Positions 29,219 to 42,273 of a stretch of DNA of 64,000 nt are shown here, one piece after another. The DNA is from Paraspadella gotoi. Its lineage: Eukaryota > Animalia > Chaetognatha. Below the pieces are notes generated by a model. The model saw only the letters and a list, made by a program, of their open reading frames with translations. It ran no database searches and was not told the DNA's origin. Location of the stretch: NCBI GenBank assembly GCA_051294375.1, contig CM119264.1, positions 4,949,955-5,013,954 on the forward strand. Reading direction: 5' to 3'. Positions within the stretch are counted from its first letter, which is position 1. Each line of letters starts with the position of its first letter. The translations under genes and the position numbers were made by a program.

Positions 29219-30617
29219 ACAACCCACCGCAATGACGACGCCCTTCTTGGGATCTTCCTTCAACTCGAGCTTCTGCTTGAGGTCTCCGCCGAGGAGGTCG
29301 TTGATTTCCTCGTTGTAGATCTGATGGGGAAGGGTGAGAAAGATTTCTAACGAGGTAAGTTTGAGTCGTGTCAAGGTAAGCGTAATCTTCATCTCCTCGA
29401 TCTTCTTTGTCAGAGTGATCCTCGTCATCATCCTCGTCATCATTGTCCTCGCTGTCGTCATCGTTGAAGTCGTGATTACGCTCATCATTTCTCGTTCTGT
29501 CTTCATCGTCGTCGACATATCGTCGTCATCGTCGTCGACATATCGTCGTCATCGTCGTCGACATATCGTCGTCATCGTCGTCGTCTTCGACCTGCACGTA
29601 AGAGACGTGGATGAAGTATCTCGTCCCGGACGAATCGGTCATCGCCCGATCGAAGATGTGTTCGAAGGCGCGAGGGATGACGCCTGGGGAAAGGAAAGGG
29701 AATTTTTACATTTTGAGGTGATGTATTTCACAAACAAGGCTTCCTCCCTTATTTCCCTTCCTACCACTTCCTCCCTCCCTCCCTCATATCCCCTCTTTCC
29801 CCTCCCTCCCTCATTTCCCCTTCTCCCCCTCCCTCCCTCCTCGCCTCTATGTTCCTCCGGCGACTTCAAGCCTCCCATTGTGAAGGACTTTCCGCATCCC
29901 GTTTGTCCGTAGGCGAAGAAGGTGGCGTTGAAGCCGTCGAGGACGGCCTCGACGATGGGGAAGCAGAGCTTGGAGTAGATCGTCGAGGTGTTCGAGTCTT
30001 GGCCGAATACTCCGTCATAGGTGAAGGCCTGGAGACGTTGTGGTTGTTGTTGTTTATGCTGCCAATTATTTGCAACTCCAATGTTTACTGAGTTTGACTA
30101 TTGTCATTGTGTGGCAGTATATTCACACCGCCTCACATCTACCGTCGTTCTGCCAATCCCACTGGCTCAGAAGGGGGAACAGCCCATCCCAGTCGTTGTG
30201 TTTCATCCACAGTCCTAACGATTTCCCTCTCCGTTGGCAAAGCGATACCGTCTAAGGGTAACCGCGCCAGTGGCTGGAGGCGTCACCCAGGGTCGGAATC
30301 CCCCAAAACCAACAGTGAGTTGCCCCATCCCAATGGGCATCTCGGCTGTTGCCTTAATTGCGCTCGAAGTTCTAAATGTCATTTTTAATTCAATCCAACG
30401 TATCGACAATGTAACGTGCCTACTGGAGGTGGCAACTCAGAGTCTACAATCCCCTTTTCCCTTACCCTACTTTGCCGGGTTTCTTGAGATCGGCCGGATC
30501 CAAAATCTCGACTCTTCCTTCTTTCTCGAAAATCGTGAGAATGTCTTTGCTCTTGAGGTCTTTCTCTCTTTGATTCATGGGCCGCTTTCGAACGATGACT
30601 TGAACAGCTTCCGACAT
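23417..30617 (-). CDS. KIF17: Kinesin-2, KIF17/OSM-3-like
   Basis: Exons give [108 protein letters not shown] and SLGGNTKT. The tail has the KIF17-like [18 protein letters not shown] / [20 protein letters not shown]. Frameshifts near 26900-27140 are probably assembly errors, and the last exon is tentative. Confidence 0.9.
24330..24800. repeat. ~3 x 155-bp tandem duplication in a KIF17 intron
   Basis: The block atcattatcatcgtcgtcatcataatc...aggacgata...gcaacgagaaaact...actgtaatcgc is repeated three times. Confidence 0.8.
24860..25345 (-). repeat. ~6 x ~80-bp tandem array copying a KIF17 acceptor plus most of the exon
   Basis: Each unit on the minus strand is ttttattatttcag + GAGGAGAAGATT..GAAACGATTCGTCAGCTCCAGAAGGAGAATCTTCTTCT..GAGTCGATTTTG. 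Only the last unit continues to a GT donor (~24856). Confidence 0.9.
27446..27600 (+). mobile_element. SINE family C, degenerate copy (twister remnant 27483-27567)
   Basis: Homologous to the reverse complement of 50036-50224 (taggtaccggg, ctaccct.cggg, ccgccttggg, caagcccaggacccgttccat). Confidence 0.65.
28375..28503 (+). mobile_element. Penelope-like terminal remnant with a degenerate hammerhead (28421-28454), flanked by inverted repeats
   Basis: CUGAAGA A GAUUU..AAGUC GAAA CAUAUC lies between the inverted repeats ataaacgaaagggt and accctttcgtttat. Confidence 0.55.
30109..30360 (+). mobile_element. Repeat family D copy 1 with twister motif (30233-30313)
   Basis: GUUGGC AAAG CGA UA CCG UCUAAGGG UAA CCG C GCC [P3] A GGG UCGGAAUC CCC ..CCAAC. 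Homologous to ~33491-33700. Confidence 0.65.
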
Positions 30618-31151
30618 TGTCGCCGATAATCTTCCGAAAAAAAAAGTCACGAAAAATCTGGAAAAACCTAAAACTTTCGATTCGTGACAGAGTTAGTAAA
30701 GATTTTTCTAGACTCTAGAAATCTAGATACCGATTGTAGATTATGCAAGTATGACATCGTTATGTCAATTTAGAGACAAAAAATAATCTGACAACCTTGC
30801 TGACCAACTTTTGTAGAGCTTTATTTTTTTTTGGTCCCCCCCAAAATGTACGGAAATTGTAAAATAACGACGTTCTTTATTAAACGAATACATATGAATG
30901 TACAAATTTACAATTCATAATGCCATGAAATTTAAAAAAATGTAATAAAGCAGCAATGTAAAAAAAATAATATAGTTTTTTGTTAAGTTGACGAGAAAAC
31001 GTCTACCCTAATTTAGTAACGATATAAATATGAACATCCCATGTCGACGGATAAACAAACAAAAGATCAGGACGAAAAAAACAATAAAGTCACGAAAAAT
31101 AAGAAACGAATTTAGTCAAATAATGTGGAGGAAAAAAATATCAAATCTCTC

Positions 31152-34100
31152 TCAGTGATATGTAGCGACAGGTTTCATGCAGATGAATTTGGCGTTGTAT
31201 CTCTTGCAGGGTTTGGGCACCCACTCTTTGGCTTTCCTCACCAAGGCGCACCTTTGCCCGGCGAATGGCTCCTCCCCTTGTGGCGGCAACCCCGTGCCCA
31301 GAGTCGGAATCTGCCCCCGACGCGCCCGCATCTGCCGACGCCGCTTCCTGCCGCCGCTGCTCCGCCGCCCCACGACGTGGCCTGACCGCAGATTACGCAG
31401 CAGCCCCCGCCGCAGCCGCTGCGTCCACCGCGTGAAGGCGACGGGTCCGCCGCCCACGTACTCCCATTCGCGACCACCGCCCCTCGCGTTAAGCCCGATC
31501 CAAAATGGCCGCCCACGCGCCAACCGCCAGAGCCACTTGTGATGCTCTCGGCCAAAGACGGAAGCGATGGAGGCGGAATGGGCGTCGCGACAATGACGCT
31601 GAGCGCCATCCCACGTGCGTCGAAGAGCGACGGGAAGGAAGCAGAAACCGTTGTAGACTTTCCAACCGCGTTTGCATCCTGGACGAGGTCGACGAAGAGG
31701 CCGGGCGACGCGAAATAGGCCGCCGCCACCCACGCCGCCGCCGCCACCGCCGCCGCCACGCCTACGAGTTCGCCACCACCTCTAACCCCCGCCTCTCGAT
31801 CCACCCTCGGCCACCCAACGACCCCGACGGCACGTGTACAGTCGATGCTCGCCCCCGCTGTCCGGGATGTACTGCAGCAGCCCTTCAGTCGCACCCGTGC
31901 ACGCCTTAAAATCCTCCGGTCGCAGCCGCGGCAGGCTGGCGATTTCCGGACGAGTTTCCGGACGCGTCGCCGGATGCGGACCGCTGAAGACATTGGCCGG
32001 ATCGTCGATCGGCTCCGGAAAAGGAAGATCGACGCCCGAAGAGGCGGCGCTCTTGGCGCCGCCGGCGTCGTAATCGGGGAAGACGGTCGGCAGGAACGCG
32101 GAGACGGCGGTCGGCAGCTGCGCTGAGGCGGGGGTGTCGACGGATTCTTTGTGCGTCGTTTTCCGCCACACCTTTTCCTTGTTAGCTTTTCCTCCTCCTC
32201 CTCTTCTTCCTCCTCCTCCTTTCCCAGAATTGACATTTCTCGTATTAGACATTTCCTTGTTGCTCAGAAATGTTAGAGACAGTTTATCGTCGTTGACATC
32301 GCCCGCCTCCCTTCCTCCTCCTCCTCCTCCTCCTCCTCCTCCCCCACGTATCTTTTCCGCGGTCATCGCCCCCTCGCAGGTTCCGTTTCGAGAGTCCAAA
32401 GTCGTAACCTCGAGGCGTCTCTGGGTGCCGAGGACGGCGTTGATTGGCCGACGAAGCGTCAGCCTCGTCTTCCTCGCGACGTCAAGCGAGGGGATTCTCA
32501 AATCGAAGACGCGAAGAGATTCGCCGACGTCGAAGCGAATTCGTCGGCGGGGGGAGGGGGAGGTGAGAAGGGTTGGGGAGAAGGTGGGCGAGGGTAAGGC
32601 CTAGAAGGAGAGGGAAAAAAGGTGAGTCGGAGAGAAGCGAATTAATTCAGGTTTTTGAAAAAAAAAACTAACTTTGAACTAAATTAACATTTATTTAAAG
32701 TAAAGAAGATCGGTTCATCCAATGGGTTGCGACGCAGTGACTTTATAGAGCTGCTCCGGAAGAACTCGCGGCGTAACAATAAAATGATATATTTCTGTTG
32801 CATTTTCTCAACCGTACGTCATTGTTTGACGACTGATAACAAAGTAATGTTTTTTCGTTTTGTTTTTTAAACAAAAAAAAAAACCAACAAAACAAACAAA
32901 AGTTTGAGAATTATCGCAACACAATTACAAAATCTATCAATAATACATAATACATAATTAATTAGTAAGACATATATTTTCCGCTGCCACCTATTTCTAA
33001 TCTAAATTCATCTTCTCTTTACTAGTTAAATGTTTAAAGTCTTCAACCACAAAAAAAAAGTTTAAAAAAAAGGAAGAAAAAGAAAGAGAGAAATCGTGAT
33101 TGAAAACTCGAGGCGCTGCTCGTATTTCTCTCGTGAAACAGGGGAATGGCGGGAACGAGCGGCGATAAGGATTATCTCTTTTACCGAGGAGGTAATTCAG
33201 CGCCATCGAAGGCAGGCGTTGTTGTTGTTGTTGTTGTCGTCGTTGTGAAATCTATGGCCGACCAGGTCGTCGTCTCCATTGACAACAAATCAACGACGAC
33301 GAGAACGACGACGACGACGACGACGACCCTTTAACGTCAAAACGCATAAACAGTGCATAGACCGAGAATCAAAATTTCTAGGTCAAAAGACTCATTCTCT
33401 GTCAATAGAAAAATCAAGAAAACTAGACACCATAATAAATGTTAAGATGTGAACACTAAACTTTACGCCAATAAACAACTAAGAAATATATTGTGGCGGT
33501 ATATTCACACCGCCTCACGTCCACCATCGTTCAGCCAATACCATTTTCTCAGAGGGGGAACACACCATCCCAGGCGTTGTGTTCCATCTACAGTCCTAAC
33601 GTTGGCAAAGCGAGATCGTCCTAGGGTAACCGCGCCAGTCACTGAATGTCGGAAGCCCTCAAGGCCAACAATGAAATGCATCATAGGCAACCCGGATTTT
33701 GCCATAATATCTTCAAATCGATGCAATTTCTCCGGAAAAATGAGAGTATGAGATAAGCTTCTATTTAAATCCGTTTTTACCGATTGAATCGGCAACAACA
33801 ACAACGACAACAATATTTCTTTTCTTTTCTCCGACGTTGCCTCCTTCCATTTCTGTCAAGACGTCCGCCCGACAATATGGGCGACGACATCTACAACAAC
33901 GACTCTCTCTCACTCTCTCTCACCTCTATAGGCTCCACCTCCACCTCCACCTCGGCCCAAGATGACGTCACGTCACCCACGCGTCGCTCGATTTCCACCG
34001 GAAATGACGTCATCGCGTCGCAGACGAAAATCGCGGGAGACGGGAAATTCAGCGTCGACCAGAAAAAGCGGACGGTGCGAGTCTGGAGATGGGGGGGGGG

Positions 34101-35915
34101 GAAAGAGAGATAAGAGTCGTCATGATGTGATGAAGTGATAATACATCGAAATGAAAAAGTTAATAATCTCTTTGTGACGCAAACTGCAGAGCTTCTCTCC
34201 AACATTTCTATTCACACGCATTCAGCTATCACTGTCTTAATCGATTTCTATTCCTCTCTGCCTGTCGCCTTCTACCTCTCACGTCTTTTTAAGCTTACCT
34301 TCCAACCACTTTCCTCAAACCCCACTCCCCCTAAACCACTCATCTGTGTCACCGCTTGCCCTATAACCGGTCTCCAACCACTCACCTCAATCCCCGCTTC
34401 CCCTTCCAACAATCAGCTACTCACCTTAATCGCCTGTTCGCTCTTCCAACTGCTGCAACTCAATCCCGAACTTCCCTTCCAATCACTTCACCTCAGATTT
34501 GCCACTTCCACTCTTCCAACCACTCATCTAATCCTCGCTTCCTCCTCCAAAAACTCACCTCAAATCTCCACTTCCGCTTCAACAACATCACCTTAATTCT
34601 CCTGCTTCGCGCCTTCCAACCTCTCACGCTCACCAATTCCAGCTTCCCCTTCAAACCGACTCACCATTAATCCCTGCTTCCCTTCCAACGCACTGCACCT
34701 CTATCCCCGCTTCCCCTTCCAACCACTCACCTCAATCCCCGCTTCCGCTCCAACAACTCCAACACTCAGCTCCAACTCGTCCTCGTTTCCATCGAGATCG
34801 GATTTCAAGACGAAGACGATTTCTCCGTCGTTGACTTCCGCTTGAGTGAAGGAGGAAACTTCGCCTCGCGTGGAAATCTGACGAGGGAACATTGTAAAAA
34901 TGTGGAGCTGAATAAGTGGGTGATCTCTCTCTCTCTCTTTCTGTCTCACCTGTCCCTCTCTCTCTGGCTCTCACTCAAAAAATTATAATATCGCTTTCAT
35001 TAGGAAAAACAGTTTTGTTTGACAACGATTTTATTTGACACAATTTGTCAAACAAAACTGTTTTTCCTAATACCTCAAAAACAACGAAAAGAGAGTATAT
35101 ACATAATATCGCTTTCCTAACTTTCTGTCTTTCATTCAAAAAAATTGAAAAGTGAAACTAGATTTAACCAGATTCAGGAGTACACGAATTGACAACCCAG
35201 AATAAAATATATCAAAACTTAAAAAGATTCAAATGGATTTTTTACCCCAAACTATTATTTTCTTTTGTTTAATATCTCTCAGTCGCCACCGACATCTTCC
35301 GCTGGAGCAGGAAAGTATCGTTTGGTGTAGAAAACAAAGGAACAGTGAAGTGGTGTCGTAAGGATCTCACGAAAAAAAATTCTTAAAAAAATAAAAAGAA
35401 GAAACTAATTAAACCAAGTTCAATTATAAAGTTAAACGACAAAGAAAAAGCAGGAAACGCAATTGATTTAAAAGATCTTTATATTATAAATTTCATTTTA
35501 AATTGATAAATAAATTTAAATCGATGTTCAAAACACTATTACAACCATGCTTTGTTAAAGACAATCAAAAAGCAAGAACCCTTTTTTTGACAAAAGCCGC
35601 AAAAATATCACTTCTTTACTGTATGGACTTATTGATAGCACGCCAATCAACGCAGCCCCAAACATCGCAGACCCAATCGACCAAGCTTCGTCGACGTTGC
35701 TCGCTCAACGACCAAAGAAACTATTTGAGGAAATGTGACGAATGGATCGAAAGTTTGGACGAACCTTAAAGTTAAACACGCGGATCGAATCAGCAATTAA
35801 GTCTCCGAATGACCAATCATGAGGAAACGTGAAAAACCCGGATAGGGAACTAGGTCAGTCGCGGAAAGCTCATGAGTCGAACCTCCTACCCGGCGAAGTT
35901 TCTGGAATACCAAAT

Positions 35916-35999
<84 letters not shown>

Positions 36000-37185
36000 C
36001 CCTTTCTAACGTTTTCCGGTTTACTCGAAAAAAAGAATTTCGTTTTCCTTGGCACGCGATTTCTGGTTTTAAATCATTCTAACGATTAAAGTTATTAAGC
36101 TCGAAATCATTCGTCTATATCATAGACTGAATCAACGAGTTTTTCCTAGACTGGATTTTAGAATAGAATGATTGGATGAAGATGACAGAAAATTTCAAAA
36201 TCAGATAATTTATTTGATTGCAATTGATAACAGGTTTCGGCAGCAGGTTCACCAACCTCGCGAATCAATTATATACTTGAAAAACGAGTATAATAATTTT
36301 TATCGTCATTAGGCTTCGAGATGTACATATCTGGGTTACGTATTTTTTTAACCGAAAATTTAGGTCACGTTGACGTTTTAGTTGACATTCCTCGTCCAAA
36401 CCGGTTAATAACTCAAGACCTGATTGTAAGATCCGCTTTCGTGAAAAAGCTAATAATTAAATTCTCGTCATTTTAGTTTGACGACGAAGATTCTTGATAT
36501 CGCGAAGGCGTTGATATCGTCTGACGGTGATATCGTCTGCGAATTTGACCCGAACTGTCAATCGCTGCCAAGGATATCCAGTTGAAAAAAAAACTTGTCC
36601 TGCAAGTCTCGTCATCCGGGTCATTTACTTCGCCCACTCGCTCCCCCCACCCCCCTCGAAAGAAAGCACTCCCACAAAGCGTCTCCCAAATTTCTCTCCC
36701 ATGTTGGAAATTCAATTTTTTTCGGACCGCGGGGAAATTTACGAAAATCTTCTTCCTCATCCTCATGATCATCTTCCTCATCCTCCTCTTCCTCATCATC
36801 TTCCTCTTCCTCATCATCTTCCTCATCCTCATCCTCGTCCTCATTAGCGCGACGAACAATTAGCGCCTAATTTCTTACGACGAAGTCATTCGTCTCAATA
36901 ATCGGCGGGTGACGCGGGACGAGGGGCCGTCGACGGGGGTCAACTATTCTCGCTCTTTTAAACTGAAAACAAAATTCGGGTGTTAATTCGATTTGAAGCC
37001 AAATACGAGATTAGGGAAGAGGTCTCGTCTCTCGCTCATTCATTGCCACACACACACAGCCATACAGTACAACAACCTCTGTCCCTTTTCTTTCCTTCTG
37101 TCGTTTCCGTTCGTCCTCTCTGCTCTATTTCTCTCTCTCTTCCCTCCTCTCTTCTCCTCGTCTCTCTTCTCTCATCTCTTCTCTC

Positions 37186-37235
<50 letters not shown>

Positions 37236-37597
37236 AATAATGCTTTCAAGTATCGTTTTTTGACGCAAGATTAAACGAAAAAAAAAGAAGTAATCATCAA
37301 TGTGTTAAGTTGTTAAATGTCAGAGGAAAAGAAAAAGAGAGAAAAAATGTTTTGCTTAAAAACAAAAACCAAACAAATAAGGGAAGATAAAACCTAATCT
37401 AATAGAAGCGAAAAAATCCAAACGGCAGTTGAAAAAAAGCAATTTAGTTTCCCTTTCGTTAAATACCAATTATCATTACATCATTTTAAAAACGTCCGCT
37501 TTTGAAAAGGAAAGAAAACTCATCACGATCCTTCATTTAATATTCACACTCTCGTCAGAATAAGGGCGTTTGTTCTCTCTCTCTCTTTCTCTCTCTC

Positions 37598-37651
<54 letters not shown>

Positions 37652-37951
37652 CCTCCCTGGCAGAGAAGGAATGCAAAGACTTCCACTTAGAAAAACTCTC
37701 ATGTTTCCGCTTTTGTTGGCGAAGAATCATTTCATGGTGATGAGGAAGTAGTGAGAGAGAGTGAGAGAGAAATCAGAGACAGACAGACAGAGAAAAAAGA
37801 TAGACAAAAATACAGTAAGACTAAGGACGAAGAGAGAGATCAAGAAATTCGAAAGAGGAGAAAAAATTTTCTTTTAAAAGATTTTGGTTTCTGAAAAATT
37901 TCTTCTTCTCTTTTGGATTCTTCCTCGTCCTCTTTTTTCTTACACCGGCTT

Positions 37952-37989
<38 letters not shown>

Positions 37990-40900
37990 CTCTCTCCTCC
38001 TCCTCCTCCTCCTTTCCACCTCACTCCTCCATTTTCATATTCTCTTCCTTTGGGTCCTTGAAAAATGATCGCGCGGAAATACAAATAGAAATAAAAACTG
38101 GAAATAAAATTTAAAAACAAAAAATTCTGGAAAATAACAATGATATCATCTCCATGCAAATTCTGAACAATAGGGACTCTGCATTTTTGGAGCAATAGAA
38201 AAATAGAGAGTGAGAGAGAGAGATTAAGAGTGTGAGAAAGAGAGAGAGATAGCGAGAGACTTCTACGCAAATTTTATTTCAAAAAAATAATTAAAAAAAA
38301 AAAAAAAAAATCACTCGCGCAAATTAAATTTTCGCCTTGTCCAAATTTTTCTAACACATTCACTCTTCCTATTCTTTACTAACCAACAGTGAAAACCCAC
38401 CTTCAAACCACCTCCAAACCACCTCCCCTCCCCCCTCTGCACCTCGTCCCCGCCTTACCTTCTCCACCCTCCCTCTCCGACTCTTCCCCACGACTCTAAA
38501 CTCGAGTTGCTCGTCCGCGAATCCCCGGGCGTCGATCCTCAACTCCTCCGCAGAAAAGACGAAGCCGAAGGCGCCGTTTTCCAAGATCGACGGCGTCGCG
38601 GGCGCCGCTGCGCGGATCAGTACCGGCGCCGGAAGGAGCCCCGCGGCGCCGACGCGGATCTCGAAGGTGGCGGCGCCGGTTGTGGGAATTTTGGCGTCGA
38701 CGAGAAAACCGGCGTTGACGCCGTCGGTGAGGAGGAAGAGGAAGACGTCGGAGGCGGCGTCGTCGCCCTGTGTGTGTTGGGGGGGTGTGTGGGGGAAAGG
38801 AAAGGAAAGTTAAGGAGAGAGCGACTTGCAACTTGCAACTTGCAGCCTCAATAAGCGATGAAGGTTGGGGAGATATAACAAGCTTTGCTTGTAGGGTGCT
38901 TGCCTCAAAATTTGGTTGAGTGAATAGCCAGATCTATACACTCACCTCGCTGCGAACAAAATTTTATTAACTTAGTTAAATTTTAAAACACAAAAAACCC
39001 AAGAGAAAATAAGCAGCAAATAACACTTAAAATGTTGCACAATGCCGGTTGCAGTCGCCTGTCACCCACTCCCTCATCACCTGATGCCTGTAAACGACCT
39101 TCCCTTCCAAAACGTCCTTCAGCGAGAATCCCTCGTCGACGACTCGATTCTCGCGGACGAGGATTCCGTGGACGGGATGTTTGGTCACGAGGAACTTGAG
39201 GTGCTCCGCCGGAGTGTCCACATCCTTGAGAGAGAGGCAAGATAGTCGGTAGGTACAGAGTACTGACTTTACTTTACTTTACTACAGACCTTCTTTCCTC
39301 TTACAAGATAATATTATAATTATATTATAATTTATAATAATATTAATTATGTATATTACCTAAGAATCTCTAATCGCTTTCTTAATAAAACAAATGACAA
39401 AACAAAAGGCAAAACAAAAGACTTTCTCATTCGCCTATTGTTTCGACGTTCGACGTTCGCTCAGCGACGCTAACGATAGTTTACTACTCAAGTCTGTTTG
39501 TTGTTGTTTGTTCAATTACTGTTGTCGTTGGAAAATGAGAATAAGACGTGTTATGATGGCTTTGATGGGTTCGTGTCTTTTTACTTCATCGTCATCATCA
39601 TCAATATCAAACACCTTCAACAACATCATCATCATCATCATCATCNNNNNNNNNNCCATATTCATCATTATTATTCAAAACATCATTATCATCAAGCATT
39701 ATTATCCACATGATCAATCACCATCATCAACAATCAACATCATCATCATCATCAATCAACATCATCATCATCNNNNNNNNNNNNNNNNNNNNNNNNNNNN
39801 NNNNNNNNNNNNNNNNNNNNNNNNNNNNNNNNNNNNNNNNNNNNNNNNNNNNNNNNNNNNNNNNNNNNNNNNNNNNNNNNNNNNNNNNNNNNNNNNNNNN
39901 NNNNNNNNNNNNNNNNNNNNNNNNNNNNNNNNNNNNNNNNNNNNNNNNNNNNNNNNNNNNNNNNNNNNNTCATCATCATCATCAACCTCACCTGCGCAAA
40001 GAGATGGCTCGGAGTGATGACAGCCTCTCCTCCTTTTCCCACTCGAAGCGTCACTCTCCTCAAAAGTTGCGGAAGATGCCTGACAAGTTGAGAGTCGAAA
40101 ACGAGAGGACATTTTTTAATGATTAATTATTTTTTGATTAACTAAAATAATATAAATTCTTGGATAAAAGAAGGAAAATAAAAAGACGAAAGGACATTTT
40201 GATAGATTTGGCCGACTTCTGCACCTGTCATTGGGCGTCACTTTGATCGGCATCTCCGCCCGCTTGGAGGTGGCGCCGTTGGAGACGACGAACTCGAAGG
40301 CGTCGTCGTCGCGGGCGCCGGTGGCGGAGTGGACGTAGACCACGGACGACGCCGCCAGGTCGTGCTGGGAGTGGTGGGTGAAGGGATTTGTGGGGTGTAG
40401 GTGGTCGTTGGGTATTGTGGAATTCCAATGAATATTCGCATCTGGCACCATCAAAATACATTGTTATTAACAAGCACTTACGTGCCGAGGAAAAAGGTAA
40501 TATAGAGTTCAATATTAAAATTATATGTGATAATTGAGTCAATAATCGTAAAATGGAAATTTTATTGATTAAATCAGTGAACTAAGTAAGTAATTACAAA
40601 AAGTAAGAAGTAAAAGTAAAAAGTGTAAAGTAAGAAGTAAAAGTGAAAAGTTAAAGTAAGTAAAGTAAAAGTAAGGATTAAAAGTAATGCAGTAAAAAAG
40701 TAAGAGGAGCTAAAAGTAAGAAGTAAAAGTTAAGAAGTAAAAGTAAGAAGTAAAAGTAATAGAAGTAAAAGTAAGAAGTAAAAGTAGAAGAATAATAAAA
40801 GTAAAGAAGCAAAATAATAAAAGTAGAAGTAAAAGTAAAAGTAAGTAAGATGTTAAAAGTAGAGAAGTTTAAAAGTGAAGTAAAAGTAGGGAAGTAAAAG

Positions 40901-42199
40901 TAAGAAGTAAAAGTAAGAAATAAAAGTAAGGAGTAAAAGTAAAAATTAAAAGTAAGAAGTAAAAGTAAGAAGTAAAAAAAATTAAAAGTAAACGTAAAAG
41001 TAAGTCAATATATAAGTAAATTTGTAAGTAAGTTTGTTTCCATTCCAAACTTTTCGAAAGTCCAACACACAAACAAGCACAACCAAGAGGACAACAATTA
41101 GGGCATCGAGGACAAAGACAAAGAAAAAGACAACAAAAACGACAGCCACGACCCCCCCCCCAACCTGCGTGAATGAATCGATCTGCGCCCTCGTGTTCGA
41201 CTCGAAGGCCAAAAAACCGAAATTGGGATGACGAGTCACGAGAAAGACGATTTGTTCCGAGCGACGAGATTCGTCGGCGGCCGAGAGGAAGGAAGGAGTC
41301 AGGGGTATGGAAGATCCCTCCGTTGCCTGAGGGGGTGTTGAAGAGGGGTGGGGAAAATGGATGAAGGGAGTTGAGAGATTTAGTAGTGGAAGACGATGTC
41401 GCGGTCCGAACTCAAGTTGTGATAAATCAGCAGGGCCGCGAACCCGAGTCCTTTGATTTTGGGAAGGAAGCGCGGTGCTGCCTCCCGGCGCCATGGTGTA
41501 GGGATACATTTCGTGAAACAGTGGATGGCTGGTGGGGGTAATAAATTTATAGCCACTCCATGTGGTAACACAATTTAAAACGGCTAATTTCTCTTTTCAG
41601 CGCTAACTGACTTTTTTAATAAATTAGGTGTTGTTGGGCTACCGAAGTTTTGAAAAATCCAACGATTAAAAAACCGTATTTTTAACGGACGTATAACAAG
41701 AAACTTTCGGTGGTCTTCAAAGTCTTAGTCGACACCTCACAGTCTGGCCATCGTGAATCATCATCACGGTCGTTATCAGGTCAGAGGAGAGTTAGCACTA
41801 GTTTGATACTTTGCGCTTCAATAAGCCTAATCAGTATGATCCGTGTCTAGAATTTCATGAGAGACGGCAAGCTCTGTAAGCTCGAGTAAAAGGAGATAGA
41901 TNNNNNNNNNNNNNNNNNNNNNNNNNTATTCAAGTCGGCACCCATGAGTGAGTTTGACGCCCAGTCGAGCTGTTGTTGTTGTATCCCGCAGGGCGGCGAA
42001 CCGGAGTCCGTTTGATTTTTGGGGGAGAAGCCGCCTGCTTGGCCTTCCGGCCGCCAGTGTAGGATATTCGAGAGTAATGCGGGGAATAGTTACCCCCATG
42101 ATTAGAAATGATTTAAACCAGAATCGCCGTGCCAAGGAAAACCAAAATTCTTTTTTCTCGGAGTGTAAACCGGGAAAACGTTAGAAAGGGGCAGGTCTC

Positions 42200-42273
<74 letters not shown>

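Noticed and set aside
30785-30812. RFX X-box upstream of KIF17
   Set aside because: The match to GTNRCC-N(0-3)-RGYAAC is too poor to support.
41520-41592. HDV-like ribozyme (ccactccatgtgg, ggtaacac, ggctaa)
   Set aside because: Only fragments of the motif are present; I could not assign P1 or P2.
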